DNA of 64,000 nt from Bispira polyomma (lineage: Eukaryota). The position numbers and the translations under genes were made by a program. The notes beneath the pieces were generated by a model. The model was not told where the DNA came from and made no database searches. It saw only the letters and a program-made list of their open reading frames with translations. Below, piece by piece: positions 38,201 through 52,417 of the stretch; position 1 is the stretch's first letter; each line of letters starts with the position of its first letter. The DNA lies in contig OZ287753.1 of NCBI GenBank assembly GCA_965649765.1, positions 70,990,001 to 71,054,000 on the forward strand, read 5' to 3'.

Positions 38201-41200
38201 TGTGAACTTAATGACCTGTCCTGTTGATCCATTTCCTCCGAGACAGTCCTTATTAAGAGAAAAATCACATGCACAGATTTGTTGTAGTTCAAACCAGCAG
38301 TTGCTGTGCCAAAACATCCCTTCAAGAAGAAGAGGTAACACTTTTGCATTCCACATATTTAATACTGGGTTTGAATCTCATTCCCAGCAAGCCAGTTGAT
38401 AAGTAGACTTGTTAAAGGCCGGTGAATCAGAGTGCAGAAAACTTTGACCAACTGAACGGTACCTTGTTACAACAATAAACTTCCTCGTGATATACACAAA
38501 TATGTTGAAAATGTACATAAAAACCCAAGCTAAATTTAGGAAACAATATACTCAGGCTACAATTAGCAATTACAATAACACTTTTTGGAGCCTGATCAAT
38601 TTCAACGAATACAAATATTTTAAAACCTTTAAAAATTTTGATTAAACATGCTTTGATGTCTCGCATTTAAGTTTGTTTCATTTGATTCTTACTTATTGGA
38701 AAAGTTGCACCAATATTCCATCATACCAGTTTACAGATGATGTGTAGTTGATTATTGATTCACAACATATAGTAAACCCCAGTTTTACTACAAGCATATT
38801 AATGACTGCATCACTACAAGCTATTGCACATTTGAAAAAAAAACAGCAAAAAATATGTAATTCGCCTATTTATGAAAAATCCCTTTTTCAGACAGAAGTG
38901 TATCTGAACCCAAGGCTACCTATATGTTATTGGTATTTGTTAATAGAATTACCATAACAACTTGAATCGCTTTTACCTCAAAGTAATTGGAGCATTACCG
39001 TAATGCATATATTTAATACACTTCCACAGATAAGTACAGTCAGCAATTAAATTACCTTGTCACAGTTATCTCTGACAAAGAGATATGTTTTTTTCACAAA
39101 TTACTGAACTGATTCAGTGAAGGGATGGGACATTGGGCCAAAAGAGAATTTGTTAAAATTTGGAGCAGATCCACGTAGAATGGGAAAGCCAGGATTTTTG
39201 GGGGGCTTCTAGTGGCTAATTGAATTATTATAACAACATGAATAGTTTTATCTGTAAGAACTAGAGCATTAACATATTCCATATATGTCATACATTTCCA
39301 GATAAGATTATAGCCGACAATTACATAACCTAATGTTCAGGCTGTGACTGTGTCCGCCAATGAGGTGATATTTTTGTATGTGTTCCTTAGTTTCTTTGAT
39401 TATCTGTCAGCAGAACACAAACACAAATCAACTAGTTTCCATGAAAATTAGTGGTGAGATCGGGCTAAGAAAGAATCTGTTAAATGTTTGAACAGATGCA
39501 GGCAAATGGACACAGCTGGATTAGTTTTTTCCCCCTTTTTGACATCATGGTGCCTTGGCATATTTATGTGCCAGTCGCCTGCCTTTGGGTTCCTGAGTGA
39601 TCAAGTTATGGACCAATTTATAATTAAAGGCCATATTTACACAACTTAGTCATAAGCTGAACATTTATGTATAAAATAGTTAAGACTGCCTACTATTAGT
39701 CTTAGTGTTAAGTGCAAAGTTAGCACTAGCCAAAGATTGTTTCTTATTACTGAAACTGGGACCAAAATCTTAACCTTTTTGATGATAATCAAAGACCCAA
39801 ATGTTAAGCTTGAGACTAAGTTAAAACTAAGACTTATTGTGAATACAGCACCTGGTATCTTTTTCTGTCATATTTATGTATTCAAGAATTTTGATATCCA
39901 GATAAAATTTGAGCTCCACCCCTCTAGCTGTTTAGATAATTATAAGTTGTATTGTTCCTTTTAAACAAAATTCCCATACTTACAGTTCATGGATCATCAA
40001 TGGAATGGCAACAATTTGCAGGTTCATTTATGAATAACACAAATGTAACTAGATCTACTCATCACTATGTACATTCCCCCCCCAATAGTTAATGACACGA
40101 ACATACAGCTCTGTGAGTATAAATTCTGCTCAGGTATTCTCAGCAAACATGTTTTCATCAAATGAGGTTGAATTTTTTTTATTAATATTTGTCAAACTAT
40201 GCTGGATTGAGTTTCTTTGGTTGATTAACAACCCCCCCCCCCCCCAACCCCCCAAAGTAATACAATGACATTGTTGTACTAAGAAGAGTAAAACCTAGAC
40301 ATTTAACTTAAACACTCAATTGCATTAAGCCGCTGAAATCTGTACAGTGTTAGAGTATTGAAATATAGGAAACCGTACTGTATATATAAATTACTTTAAT
40401 TTGACATTTTGTGCAGTCAAATATATGGTGTTGTACATTCATCCGTAAGTAAAGTAATATCCCATTCCAAACTAGAGATATACCACAATTGTTAGTCTTT
40501 TTACCACTAGTCTCTCACCTGTGAACCAATTCCTACTGCTTCCACAGATAAGTCTGCCAGAGTTTACAAAAAATAACCAAATAGCCCTGTCACACCCAAA
40601 TATCACTTACCTTATAAATCCTACCTTATAAGCTTCACTAAGAACATAGAGAGGCAGGGCTAATACTAGTCAGACACTGGATAAGGCCACTCATTATTAA
40701 TGGAGTCTCTGAATGCCTTCCTCTCACCTCTCTAACCTATTAAGCTCACAATATTGTGGCAGATAAGATCCTATAAAGCACGTAGAAAAGAGAATCAGAG
40801 AATTGGCAGCCAGTTTACAGAAGGTGTTAAGTACAAAGTACAGGAGCAATCGGTAGTGTACATACCTCCACCAATGATCAAAAGTGAGACCAAAATTCAA
40901 TTCATGGATTTGTCCTTCTACTGGTATCTGCTACAGTGGTTACTAGATTCTTAGTCTACACCCTAAGCCTCAACCAAGTGTCATGCCAATTTATGGTTAA
41001 ATCATTTTGTACCATCCTGGTGGCATATAAACAAAGCACACCAACAGAATTGGTCAAAAAAATAACCTGATTATTGGAGAATTATAGATCTATGATATTA
41101 AGGCAAAGCCTTGCACCAAATCGTCAACATGGCTCATATTTTCAGACATATAATATAATTTTGTCCAGATTAAAGTGACTTTCACATCCCCTTGACTCTA

Positions 41201-41657
41201 CATTGTTAAACAAATTAATAAACAATGCTGAACTTTATGTCATCAAGAATATAGCAATCTTATAAATTTGCTAGTAAAAAAAAGTATTCCTACTGTAAAG
41301 TGTGTCTGTTGACACCACTGCGTGGGTTCTCTCTGCATAAAGGTCATCATCTATTGATGTCAGTATTCATGAGAACAACCAGACTCTCTTCTCCCAGACA
41401 AAATCCTATTAAAAACTGAAAGGTTATTTGTAGGCGGTGATGTCACATGTACAGTAATTACCTGGGCCTGTATTTTTTTAATGTCTTAAAATTTAATCGG
41501 CAAAATGTCTTTGAGTATTTATTTTTCCTTCGGCTTGAGAAGTTCGTGTTAGATGAGTGTAGAGGTAATATTTCCACTGCTACAGTTGTAGGTTTGATTT
41601 TCATCCATGGCATTATGTATTTTGGGAAAGTTAGCAGTGGATTTGGGTAGAATCCAG

Positions 41658-41901
41658 TTTGCCGGTACCAATATGACGTCACTAGCTCCACTTCAAAATT
41701 TTAACAAGGGGTTTGGGGGCTTTGCCCCCATTTATTGCCAAACTATTATAAACTATTTTTTTCTAACTACCCTAAACTATCTATTAATGCTTTATTTTAT
41801 CCTATTTATGTAATATTTGCTTCGAAAATGGCACTTTTAAGCTACATTCTTTCCACCATTCTGAAAAACGTTTATGGACAAATGTAATTGGTACCGGCAA
41901 A
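41658..41901. mobile_element. Possible MITE bounded by a 15-bp perfect inverted repeat
   Basis: TTTGCCGGTACCAAT (41658-41672) and ATTGGTACCGGCAAA (41887-41901). Confidence 0.55.
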
Positions 41902-42525
41902 GCGCATTTGCCATCAGGCAACTTCCTTCTTCTGCTACATAGAAAAATTCCCAACACATTGTTAATTCTGACATCAAATCCAAAATTAATAAATGTAAAG
42001 CTCAGCAGTCCAGTTAGTACAAAACATGTGTTGGTTTTTATCAGGCGTAGCCTGATTTTATTTTCATTTTGAGCACGGCAATGTAATCTTAGAAACTATG
42101 TAACGCCTTTATTGATTGGTCGGAAGCAGTCGATCTGGCCCAACTGACGGGTGTCAGAGTTATCGTTATTATTAACAGTCTGGGCCTGAGTATACAGTGG
42201 CCATATCAACGTCAGTGGATTTCACACTATGCATCTGTGTCTTTTTTAAGAGACAACTCTTGTTTGAATGACAAAAAAAGGTGTAATTCAAATATTGGTA
42301 CTGGGCTCTTGATTGCAAATAATAGTATTGATCCTGAGTCGTCTGTTAGCTCCTTCTGTTCGTCCAAAGGTAAAAAGATGACACTTTATTAGGATGACAG
42401 TTTACTGGCTAATGTTTACTCTCGACCAATTATTTTCTGTGTACTCTTGATTAAAGTTGATGCTAGTCTATGCTATATACAAAGAATTTCCTGTGTAATC
42501 CTAACTAAAGTCTAAGGCTACACAA

Positions 42526-42772
42526 CAGGGCTGGTATTCTCAAACGTATACTCAGCTCAAACTTATACTCAACTTAAATCTGGATTCCCTATAACTCTGG
42601 ATACGGTAAACATATCTAAAATCTGACTTGATATTTGAATTCAGGGTTAAAAGCTTTATTAAATGAATGGTCACAAGTATAGGTTATTTCCATGTACAAT
42701 GATTTCCACATGGTCTATATTTAAGTTGAGTATGAGTTTAAGCTGAGTTTACGTTCGAGAATACGGGTCCTG
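42526..42772. mobile_element. MITE with ~55-bp imperfect TIRs, possibly Harbinger-type (CWG flanks)
   Basis: CAGGGCTGGTATTCTCAAACGTATACTCAGCTCAAACTTATACTCAACTTAAAT and its near reverse complement ending GAGAATACGGGTCCTG; partial related copy at ~43986-44110. Confidence 0.8.
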
Positions 42773-42929
42773 AGGTCTTCTCTTTGTTGAGAGGTGGTCT
42801 CACATATACAGTAACTGTTGAAAGGGTTGTATTTATATATAGACATACAATCGTAATTTCTTCAAAGGAATATACATGTACCTTTTTCTTGACTTACAAG
42901 AATTAATTAATTTTGAATTTGTTTAAGGT

Positions 42930-43110
42930 TTCATGTCACTTTTAACATTTGTTGGTCACATTGTAATAGACAGATTTATTAGTGATGAAAGAAACCAGTA
43001 CTAACTTGATTGTACTCCACCGACCTCACGGCAGCTACCTGGCTGACTAACTTGCCCACATGACGAAAGCAGTAGGATACTACCGGCATTGACCTCTTGG
43101 GTGCATTAGT
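42930..43110 (-). mobile_element. Degenerate SINE fragment
   Basis: Reverse complement shows CATGTGGGCAAGTTAGTCAG core and AGTACTGGTTTC segment shared with other SINE copies here. Confidence 0.5.
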
Positions 43111-43460
43111 AGTAGTACTGATCCCTTGTCTCCTGGCACCTGTTGTTTTTGACAAAGGTAGCAAAGGTGACATTTTTGGGGGGAAATCTGTGTGTGTGGA
43201 CAGCTACTGCTGGTGTTTGCTTTTGACAAACCAATTGCTGTGAACTGGTGGGGTGCTATTTATCCAAGGGATGTAACTTGAAGTCACAATAATCCCACAA
43301 TTTGTGCTGCTTTATCTTCATGTACAACAAGTTGTAGTTTGTTTTTTATTAATCTGACTATGTAGTTGAATTCCTTATTAAAAGCTCTATTACATGAAAT
43401 TGTAACCTGCTTAGGGTGATTCTCATTAAAAAAATAACTTTATATATGTGTAGTGTTTAG

Positions 43461-43602
43461 GGGATAACACAAGGCAAAGCATGCTGTACGGTAATTGTTA
43501 CCATGATTTGAAGGTAGTAATACAAAGGCAAAGCTTGAGTATTTCTACACCTCCAAGATTGGTAAAAATTACCATATAGCAGGCTTTGTCATGTGTTATC
43601 CC
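43461..43602. repeat. Long imperfect palindrome (~65-bp arms)
   Basis: GGGATAACACAAGGCAAAGCATGCTGTACGGTAATTGTTACCA pairs with TGGTAAAAATTACCATATAGCAGGCTTTGTCATGTGTTATCCC. Confidence 0.8.
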
Positions 43603-44489
43603 TATTCTAACATGACAAATTAAAATTATTACCTGATTCCAGCTGTTTTTACTTTAAAATTACGTTATTGAAGGAACTATATCCATTAGGCATCAGGTAC
43701 ATTGCAGACGAAATTAGTCTACATCCGTTTATGTATAGATAGTTATTTGAACAATCAGTATCGCGGACACAGCAGTGAAATGTTAGAATTCAGTTTCGAC
43801 TATGAGTTTAGGTTTTTTTGATGAATACAGCCCTTGATTAAAGTCTGAGGTGACAGCAACCCTAAACTGATTTAGGCATTAAACAAGGACCATTAATTGG
43901 AGTATTCTTTTTGCCTTAAATACCAGTGGCTGTATGCTCCAAAAATAGACTCAAGCTCTACTTAGAATTAAGCGCCACTCTAAGACCAGGGCTGTGTTCT
44001 TGAACTAAACTCATGCTTAAACTCCTACTCAACGCATAACCATAACTTGTGACCATTCATTTTAATAGAGCTTTCAACACTGAATTCAAATATGAGGTCA
44101 GATTTTAAATATGTTTTGGTAAATACATTCATTCTTTACAGATCAAAGCTGAAACTGAATGTTATTTATATAATTGCTTGATTTTTTTGTGCATGCTATA
44201 TTGGAGTTTCCTTTACTGTAAATAACTCTGTAAATAAAATCTGTGTGTGCCACTATTCATCATTAGCAGCCTGTCAGTTCTGTTTGGGTCTTGATGACAA
44301 GCTTCATCATGAATAGACAGAGGAGGTTAATTGCAAATGTAACTTCTGAACATTTTCTGATTAGATGTTTAGTCAGATGTGTCTTTAAAAGCTGTCTTGT
44401 AGGCTTAATATATACATTTTATAATAGCTCTAATCAACATGTGTACTTTCTATTAGTAATAATACAAAGCTGCAAAAAAATCAAACCAA

Positions 44490-44700
44490 CCTATCCAAAA
44501 TTGTGTGCCATGCTCACATACGACACCTCTGCTTAAACAATTACATTGGCTGCCCTTTGAGTTCTGTATTAAATTCAAGGTGAATGTCAGCATTTTAATG
44601 ACTGTTCATGTGCAGCAACCTGCCTACTTATCATCTGTGCTGTCTCTCAGCTATCTTACTAAAAGAAATTGTCTCTCCACCTCTGGCTTCTTACCATAAA
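44490..44700 (+). mobile_element. Ancient CR1/L2 LINE 3' fragment
   Basis: HTTPLLKQLHWLP..IKFKV...PAYLS, a typical CR1/L2 ORF2 C-terminal motif. Confidence 0.65.
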
Positions 44701-44730
44701 AATGTAACAAAGAGCAACAAAATCAGCTTC

Positions 44731-47030
44731 TTTTTTTCAGTCATAACCTCCGTTAATGAGTCCGTTGATTTGTTTCCCACAATATGACATGACATTTAAT
44801 GAAGAACGAGACATGGCAGAATCTATTAAATATTTAGTAAATCCTTCCTGCAATGGCTGATCTAAGAACATATTTTTAACTTCTTTTGCTCTGTAGCACC
44901 TTGGCAGATATTGAACCATATTTAACCTCATGTTGGATCATATATATATTCAGCTCACAACCAGGACATAGTGGGTGTAATGTCATTGCACAAATAACAG
45001 CCTTATTCACTGATAATGTATTTGGTAATATATAGTTTATATATAGTTTATTTATTATAGTGACATGCAACATAACATTAATACATGTGATACAAAAACA
45101 AAACAAATGTTACCCAGCCCTCTGGTGGGCTTATAAGTCACTCCAAATACCTATACAGTTGTGTTTGACTAGTTAGTGTTCCTCAATAAAACTCTTACGC
45201 TTATTCCAGATAATGTCTACATATAAGGCTAGTTCTTTGGGACAATACTGCATTATTTTATTAAGTTTAACATAAATATCAAAATCATAAAAACCCTGCA
45301 ACAGTTTACTTATTTTATCATACAAAGTTTTACGCTCCTGATCATAATAATCACATACACATAAAAAGTGAACTTCATCCTCAATCAATTCTTTATCACA
45401 TATTTTACACAATCTTTCATCAAGGGGGTTCTATAGTATCGACCAGTTTCGATTGCCAGAGGTAATATGCCAAGACGAACCTGAGCGAGAAGTGATCTTT
45501 GTGAGCGTGTTAATGCTACTTTTAAATATTTTTCAGCTTCAATATCACTTTTAAAGTGAACATAATTTCTTAATTTTGGCATACTTGGTATATTTTCTGA
45601 CCATTCAATGTGCATTAAGTTATATAATTTTTCTTTAATATTTTTAAGGTCAAATGCATCACCATTTACAAAAGATTCTTCAACATTTTGTTTCTCTGCT
45701 ATAGTGTAAATATTACCTGACCAATTATAATTACTAATGTTTCTAAGATCATTTTCAAAGATTTTTCTTGTCAACTGCTCATGGCTCATTTTCATTAAAC
45801 GATTCCAATTTCGTAAGGTACACAAATAATAGTGGTACTTAATATTCAACCACCCCATTTCTAACTGTAAACCTAGTATTGGGGCATTTTTATGGACACC
45901 AAGAAAATAACGAATTGCACGATTTTGTATTTTTTGCATATATTTATCATTACCATAACTCCAGACACTTGCTGCATAGTCTAAAATAGATCTTACACCA
46001 CTATCATACAATTTTGTAAAAGTATTGTATCGAATCAAGCTATATCACCCATACTAAATTTAAAGTTAGTTTGTGTCATTCTGCTTTTACGGAAATATAC
46101 TATTTTGGTTTTATTGGCATTTATTTTCATTTTCTACTTTGAGCACCATACATTTACAACAAACAACATTTGTTGCAGATTATCTTCATTTTCACTAATC
46201 AAAACAATATCATCTGCATATAATAAAACACACAAATCAGTATCATTGATACTGATTCCAAGTTTGCGACTATTAAGTTCAATGGCCAAGTCATTTAAGT
46301 ATAAATTAAATAGTGTAGATGACAAATTATCCCCTTGTCTTACCCCGGATTCTGTTACAAACCAGTTTGTCAAATCATTGTTTAGCTGTACAGCAGATAG
46401 GGTGTTGCAGTAAAAAGCCTTTATAGCATTATAGAGGTTACCATTGATGTTATTCAATAATAGTTTGTAGAAAAGTAGGTCTCTATTAATGGTATCAAAT
46501 GCCTTGCTCATATCTATAAATGCAGTAAAAGTGGATTTTTTCTGAAGCATTCTATTTTTAATTATCGAAGACAATGTGAATATGTGATCTTCACATGAGC
46601 GACCCTTTCTAAAACCATTTTGTTCATCGACAATAATATTGTTTGTTTCAAGAAAATTTGTCAACCTGCTATTTAAGATGCTAAAATATACTTTACCAAT
46701 ACAGGATAAGAGACTAATTCCTCTGTAATTCAAGGGAACATAAGGGTCTATGTCACCTCCTTTAGGTATAAGTTTCATGATAGTTTTCAGCCAGAGACTT
46801 GGAACCATATGATGCAAAAAACAGAAATTGAATAACTTATGAAGAACCAAATTTACTTTGTTACTTTTGAGAACCTCATTTGGAATTCTATCAATTCCTG
46901 TTGCTTTCTTATTTTTACATTTCCTTAGTGCCAGATAAACTTCAACAATGGAAATTGGTTCATTGATCAATTCATTATTTTCGCCACGTATCTCTAAATT
47001 ATCTTTTAGTTTCATTGTTTCATTGAAAAA
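44731..47030 (-). mobile_element. 5'-truncated non-LTR retrotransposon (LINE): RT, C-terminal CCHC knuckle, 3' UTR and A tail; disrupted
   Basis: KATGIDRIPNE, NYRGISLLS, EQNGFRKGRSC, FIDMSKAFD, GVRQGDNLSS, LLYADDIV; then LAIETGRY...CKIC...EDEVHFLCVC; tail TATGACTGAAAAAAA at ~44731-44745. Clade not assignable by eye. Confidence 0.93.
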
Positions 47031-47629
47031 AAGAGTAAATGTCCATGTATTTATACAAGATGAATGGCAATAGGAAGCCTTGAGAAAAGGTCAATAACAA
47101 TGACATTAAATACCCAGAATTCTAAGTCTCTCCCAACCAAGGCTGTGGCTTAGTAATAAAAATACTCCTCGGTCTTTTAAAAAAATGTATCCAGTACTTG
47201 TATCAAGGAAAGTATATGGAGATGAAAAATTACACAAAAAAAAAAAAAAAGTACAATCTTTAATAACAACTAATTGATTCTGAAATATCAGTAATCTTTC
47301 TGTAAGTTCTTCTTTAAGAATTTAAATATGCCTTATATAATTTTTAGCGTGTTTTTTCTCTCCATAGGAATAGACAAATGAGTATGATAATGGGATTATA
47401 ATGCAGAGAATTGCACACCCTTAATCATGCTTAAGCAAGATCTATAAGGAATGTTTACATTATAAAGCCATTAAACTCTCATTAAAAGGCATATGTTTAG
47501 CTACAAATATAATAGTTAAATCACTTTTCCAACATTGTATGTTGAAAACGATTTGTTGCCAATGCCACCCACTTAAATTATGTATTTTCCTAATTATTTT
47601 CCAACTTAGCCACTGATGACTATCCTCCT

Positions 47630-47790
47630 ACTAGGGATAGGACCCAGTGACAGAGGACTCTGCCATTTTATGTGGTCCCTCAGCCCCATATGTGTCTGCC
47701 TCTACCTGGTTGCCCCAGACTAGTATCGAACTTGGGTCCTCTGAGCCCCTAAAACAAGTGTTTTACCCACAGTGGTTAATATGGATAAGA
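47630..47790 (-). mobile_element. SINE fragment (family also at ~50910-51160 minus, ~54676-54895 plus, ~56050-56220 plus)
   Basis: Shared CAGTGACAGAGGA..GCCATTTTA.GTGGTC segment and tRNA-like head. Confidence 0.6.
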
Positions 47791-50700
47791 AAGATTACAA
47801 AAAGACTAAACAAACTAATATTGGCCGTTTGGTTGACAAACATAGAAAGGTGACACTTTATTGAGATATCTGATTATTTGACAACTACTGATTCTGTTTA
47901 CCAGTCAAATTATTTGACATGTACTGGTGTTTGATGTCTAAGCTTATACAAACTCAAACTGATTTAACTGTGAAACAAATGCCAGAAAAATGGTAATATT
48001 TTATCATTGCTTGTGATCTACCATGCCCTATGCAAAAGGTGAAAACTGCTGCAACTATTACAATGCCAGCAAAAACAGCCTTTTATTTACTTTAATATAG
48101 TCTATCTGAATATTTGATTTAATGAACTCATATCCCCTGTCTGAAATGTATATTTTCCTATTGTTTTATACTACAATCTACCAACTATTTTTTATGAACT
48201 TACCATAATCCAAACAGAATTTTGTTCTCTTCAAAACATGTTTAGATAATGAAGGTTCTATTGTACTTGGAGATAGAACTAACACACCTCATTGCAAGGT
48301 GATCTTCTACACAACTTGAAACCTAAATGTATTATGACAATGTATTACTACATATAAAAGTGTACTTGGGAATAAACAAAGGCATTGTTGCTATAAGATT
48401 ATCTTCTACTTAAATAAAAAAAGTTGAGAGTTACTAGGACTTCACACTAAGTAATTTATCTATCGAATTAGTGAGTATTCTGCAGCAATAGCCATTCTAC
48501 CCATTCCCATCTTTATCCAGGGTTATTACTACACACCAAACATACACAAACACCCTGATACAAGCCATATAGTGGATGAGTAGGCCGAATAGTTACAGTA
48601 GCTAAAAGGGGGTAGGAACTGGTAATTACATTATACACAACATAATATTCCTTAATAGAAACGTCCCACTCAATGAAGTAACTGTCTGTATCATAACCAG
48701 AATTTTTTTCCATAAGAAATGCTAGTACAGATGGATAAAGAAACCTAATGAAAAATGTAGTAACCCTAGTAGTTTGTATACCTAAAGGAACTGATTACTG
48801 TACAACAAGTGAGGTAATTTAAAACCAAAGCATTCTTTATGATAGAAACTCAGTTTTTGTACATATTTCATTTTTTTAGGGGGGGACATTAAAAATTTTA
48901 CATTACAGTTCCATATTATTTAGATCAAAACCAATCAAGGATTTTTCCATCTCGGCATTAGCTCTAAATAATAATAGTGTCCTTACTTATAATTAGTAGT
49001 TGCTAAATTGTTACTAGATATGCAAAACTAAACATTGGATCATGAAGCATTTGCCACCAAATAATCAAATCTGAAACTAATCAATGTCTGCCCACGGTTG
49101 AACACAATACATGGACTTACTACATTTGTTGTTGTTTATTAGTTGCAACTGGTACTAAGCTATTTGTACTTAGACATGGCACTCATGACATGGCACCTCC
49201 AGTAGTCAACCTGCCAATTTAATTCACATTAAATCGATAAAGATAGAGGCTTGAGGTTGAAACCATCTATCAACGTTCACAAGGTTCCTTATCTAGCCGT
49301 TGGGGTACGAACAAATGACTTATGATCACAAGTTTAAGTGGTCATCCCAGACACTATGTGTACCGGCATTCACCTGGCTGGGATCAAACCAAGGTACTCT
49401 GTGTTTCTAAGCAAGTGTGTTACCCACTAAAGTACAGTGACCTGTTCATATATTTCATGTGTACTATAGCTTTGTCTGATATATACGGACGATGAACCAT
49501 AGTTTATAGTGTTTCTAAGATCAAAATGAATAGATATATCTTCAAACTAATGCTTAGAAAAAATGCCTGCAGTATTGTAATAGAACATTGCTTTCACAGT
49601 GGAGGTTATGGTGTGCACAAGGGGTAATGTTTACCAAAGTTATATAAGTGATTGCCGCAGAGTTGCTTCTTCATGGCTTGCCAGAAAATCCTCCCAATTT
49701 CAGTGTCATTTAAAAGCTGACTCAGCTTATTTGGCTATTCTCAGCCAAGTTGGTGATTGCTTGTAAATTGCTTTACCTCAAGAATAACCCCCAGGTGAAT
49801 CACTGTACTAAATTAAAAGAGACTGTCAGACGATTACTTTTCTCCAAAAGCATGACTTCCTAGTAGACGTAAGTCTATCCTACTGGTACTTCTAGTTTGT
49901 CAGTTTTTGTAATACATAAACTGCTGGCACAAGTATACCATATATACAGGGTGAAAACAATTCAGAAATATCTTGGAAAATGATGTAGAAAAATATATGG
50001 GATCAATACAACAACCGTTGAAAGAGCCTTTCAATAAAAGTAATACCCAGACAGCTGGTATATGAAGTTCGTGGTATTAAGGTTAGTTTGCTCCCAGAAA
50101 TATAGGTCATTGCAGTCAACAGAATCCATTTAACTGCTGATATGATGTTCAAGCAAATTATATATGTAAGCCCTGTGTCAATGAATTATCAAAATAGGCT
50201 CTTCATTTCTATATTACCTTTTCCATAGAAGTTATGTTTGTACACATGTCCATTGGTTAGTGTGTTTGTGACCAGTAATACACAAAAACTAACAAACCGA
50301 TATATATTAAACTTAATGGAGGAATGGGGTATGGGCCAAGGATAAATTCACTTATCAACTTTGGCGGAGGTATGCGCTCTACTGAATGCCTTCTTTTCTC
50401 TATAGTTTGTTGTTTGTAGTTAAATATGAACAAAGTCTTGTATTCGATTGTGAACAGTTATTCAAAGCTGGCTATAACTAATAATTTTTTACACTACATT
50501 CGGGATTACGTCTAAAAACCAATAATCAGGTCTGTGCAATACTTCGTCTTTGTTGATTTAGCTTTAGGGTTTTCTTTTGTCTAATTTCAATATTTGTGAC
50601 GGTCTATGTGTATACTGTCAAAATATCACCTAATTATACAGCATGTGAAAATAGGTAACATTTGTGGTCATATGGGTAACAACAGCTTGCTGTGGATAAG

Positions 50701-52417
50701 GAAAAGGTCTTGAGTTCTATTCCAGCTAGAGATGGTTTGGTACAGGCAGGTCTACATATACTGGTTTAGATGACCTCGAAAGTCCGACCTAATGGTCATA
50801 AGTATACTAAGCTCATCTGGGAGACTATTCCATAACATATAGGCAACGATTGAGAAACCAGATCCAGCCTTCTTAGTGGGTTTAACAGCGGAAACATTTC
50901 ACTCTTTAAAATGAAATGAAATAGGAATTTGTAATAGCGCGCTTATACAACACAGGGTCATTTCAAATGTGCTTCTTCATGGGTAGCCAGTATGGGCGCC
51001 GAGGCTTGATTCAGGATGACCATTTATGAACGTTTCCAAGGATCTTTAATCTGCCACTAGAGATACTACTCAGTGACAGAGGACCGCCATTTTAAGTGGT
51101 CATCCAAGCCACTAGGCAAACTAGTGTTCACATCTTGCCCAAGGATGCTATCGTACCAAATGAAACTATTGGCTGGTACTGGGTACTCTTTCCCCTCTTG
51201 AGGTTACTGAAGGAAAGGCGAGTAGCAAGGACGTAGGTCCATTGAGAGGCTTTAAAAGAGATGACATGGATTTTAAACAAAATTCTATAGTGAGTGAGAA
51301 GCCAATGTACCTTTTTGAGGTAGGGAGAGACATGAGTACAGATACCATGACGAAAAATGACTCACAGACAGTTTTTTGGTTCCTCCACTAATAAACCGGC
51401 CGTCACAATATGACCAAATGTTGAAAGTGATATAAAACTCCAATATGTTCAAATTCCATTTGCTATTATCCACCGCTGTTCTATCGCAGATACCAGACAA
51501 ACTTTCTCACATAAAGGAATGGACAGGATTCAAACTCACATTGGTAAGGATAGGCCAATGATTGTGAATCAGGTGCTTTCTAACCACTTGACCACCGCTG
51601 CCCCCTTTTTTGGGTGGAGAAAAGCAATAAAAGTTAGATAGTCAAGATTCCTGCACTGTAAACCACCAACTACCTTCAGCAAGTCAATTGCCACCAAAAG
51701 TCTAACCCAGAAATGCAGAGAGATTAAATGCTAGAGTGATATCCCCTACATAAAAGATGCATCCAGTATAAATGTATATATATGAATACATGTATATGAA
51801 TACACAGCATTTGCAAAGTGCTCAAAAATATGAGCAAGTGCTCAAAAATAAAGTGTCAAGAATTTCCTCTTTATCTTGGTGGATATTTAGAGAGCAGTAG
51901 TATGGATTTTCTAGGTTATGTTTGGCTCCAATTTTTTTATCGAACATGGTGCCAACTTTATTAGTCTCTTCCCTAGACAGAATCTTGACAATTTTCTCTT
52001 GCCTCAGAAAACCGGGAATAACATATTTGAAACCAGTCTACTGTATTTTTACATAGAAATGATGAGAAAGTATATTTATTTGCTTTACGATGAATATTCA
52101 CGCATTTGCACTTTTTCAGGCATTCTACTACAGCCAATAGACAATAAGTATTTGTAAAAAAATCACAGCAAACATGACCTCCGACCATATCAAGGGATGT
52201 CTTCTCCAAGATAAGGCCATAAGTAAGGTATCATAACAATGTGGGCTATTATAGCCTGAAATAATAAGGTGACTGAATTGATTAAGGGAATTTCTTATGT
52301 AAGCACAAGTGTTTTGGTGATATTAAATTATGAACTAGACAGACACAAATATACAATAGCCATTTTACAAACATTAATATGTTTGAATTTATGCAATATC
52401 AATTATTCCAGCTTTAA

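Larger units (their letters stand above)
27030..41500. repeat. Mosaic of old direct and inverted segmental duplications in the Rab intron
   Basis: 27030-27330 = 33230-33600 = rc(35945-36255); 27350-28000 = rc(34500-35260); 29040-30090 = 38055-39040; 30110-30530 = 33810-34170 = 39090-39340; 31370-31650 = 40590-40890; 32430-33785 = rc(35757-37700); 32490-32700 = 41300-41500. Confidence 0.85.

Noticed and set aside
27082-41813. Many 60-100 aa ORFs, including similar pairs (29069-29287 and 38132-38356)
   Set aside because: Similarity comes from DNA duplication; indels shift frames between copies and there are no domains or consistent splice sites. No nested gene family could be supported.
50355-50400. 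Recurrent GGCGGAGGTATGCGCTCTACTGA.TGCC motif (also ~6225, 30355, 34060, 57815) as a regulatory element
   Set aside because: Looks like the terminus of a common interspersed repeat; too decayed to classify or delimit.
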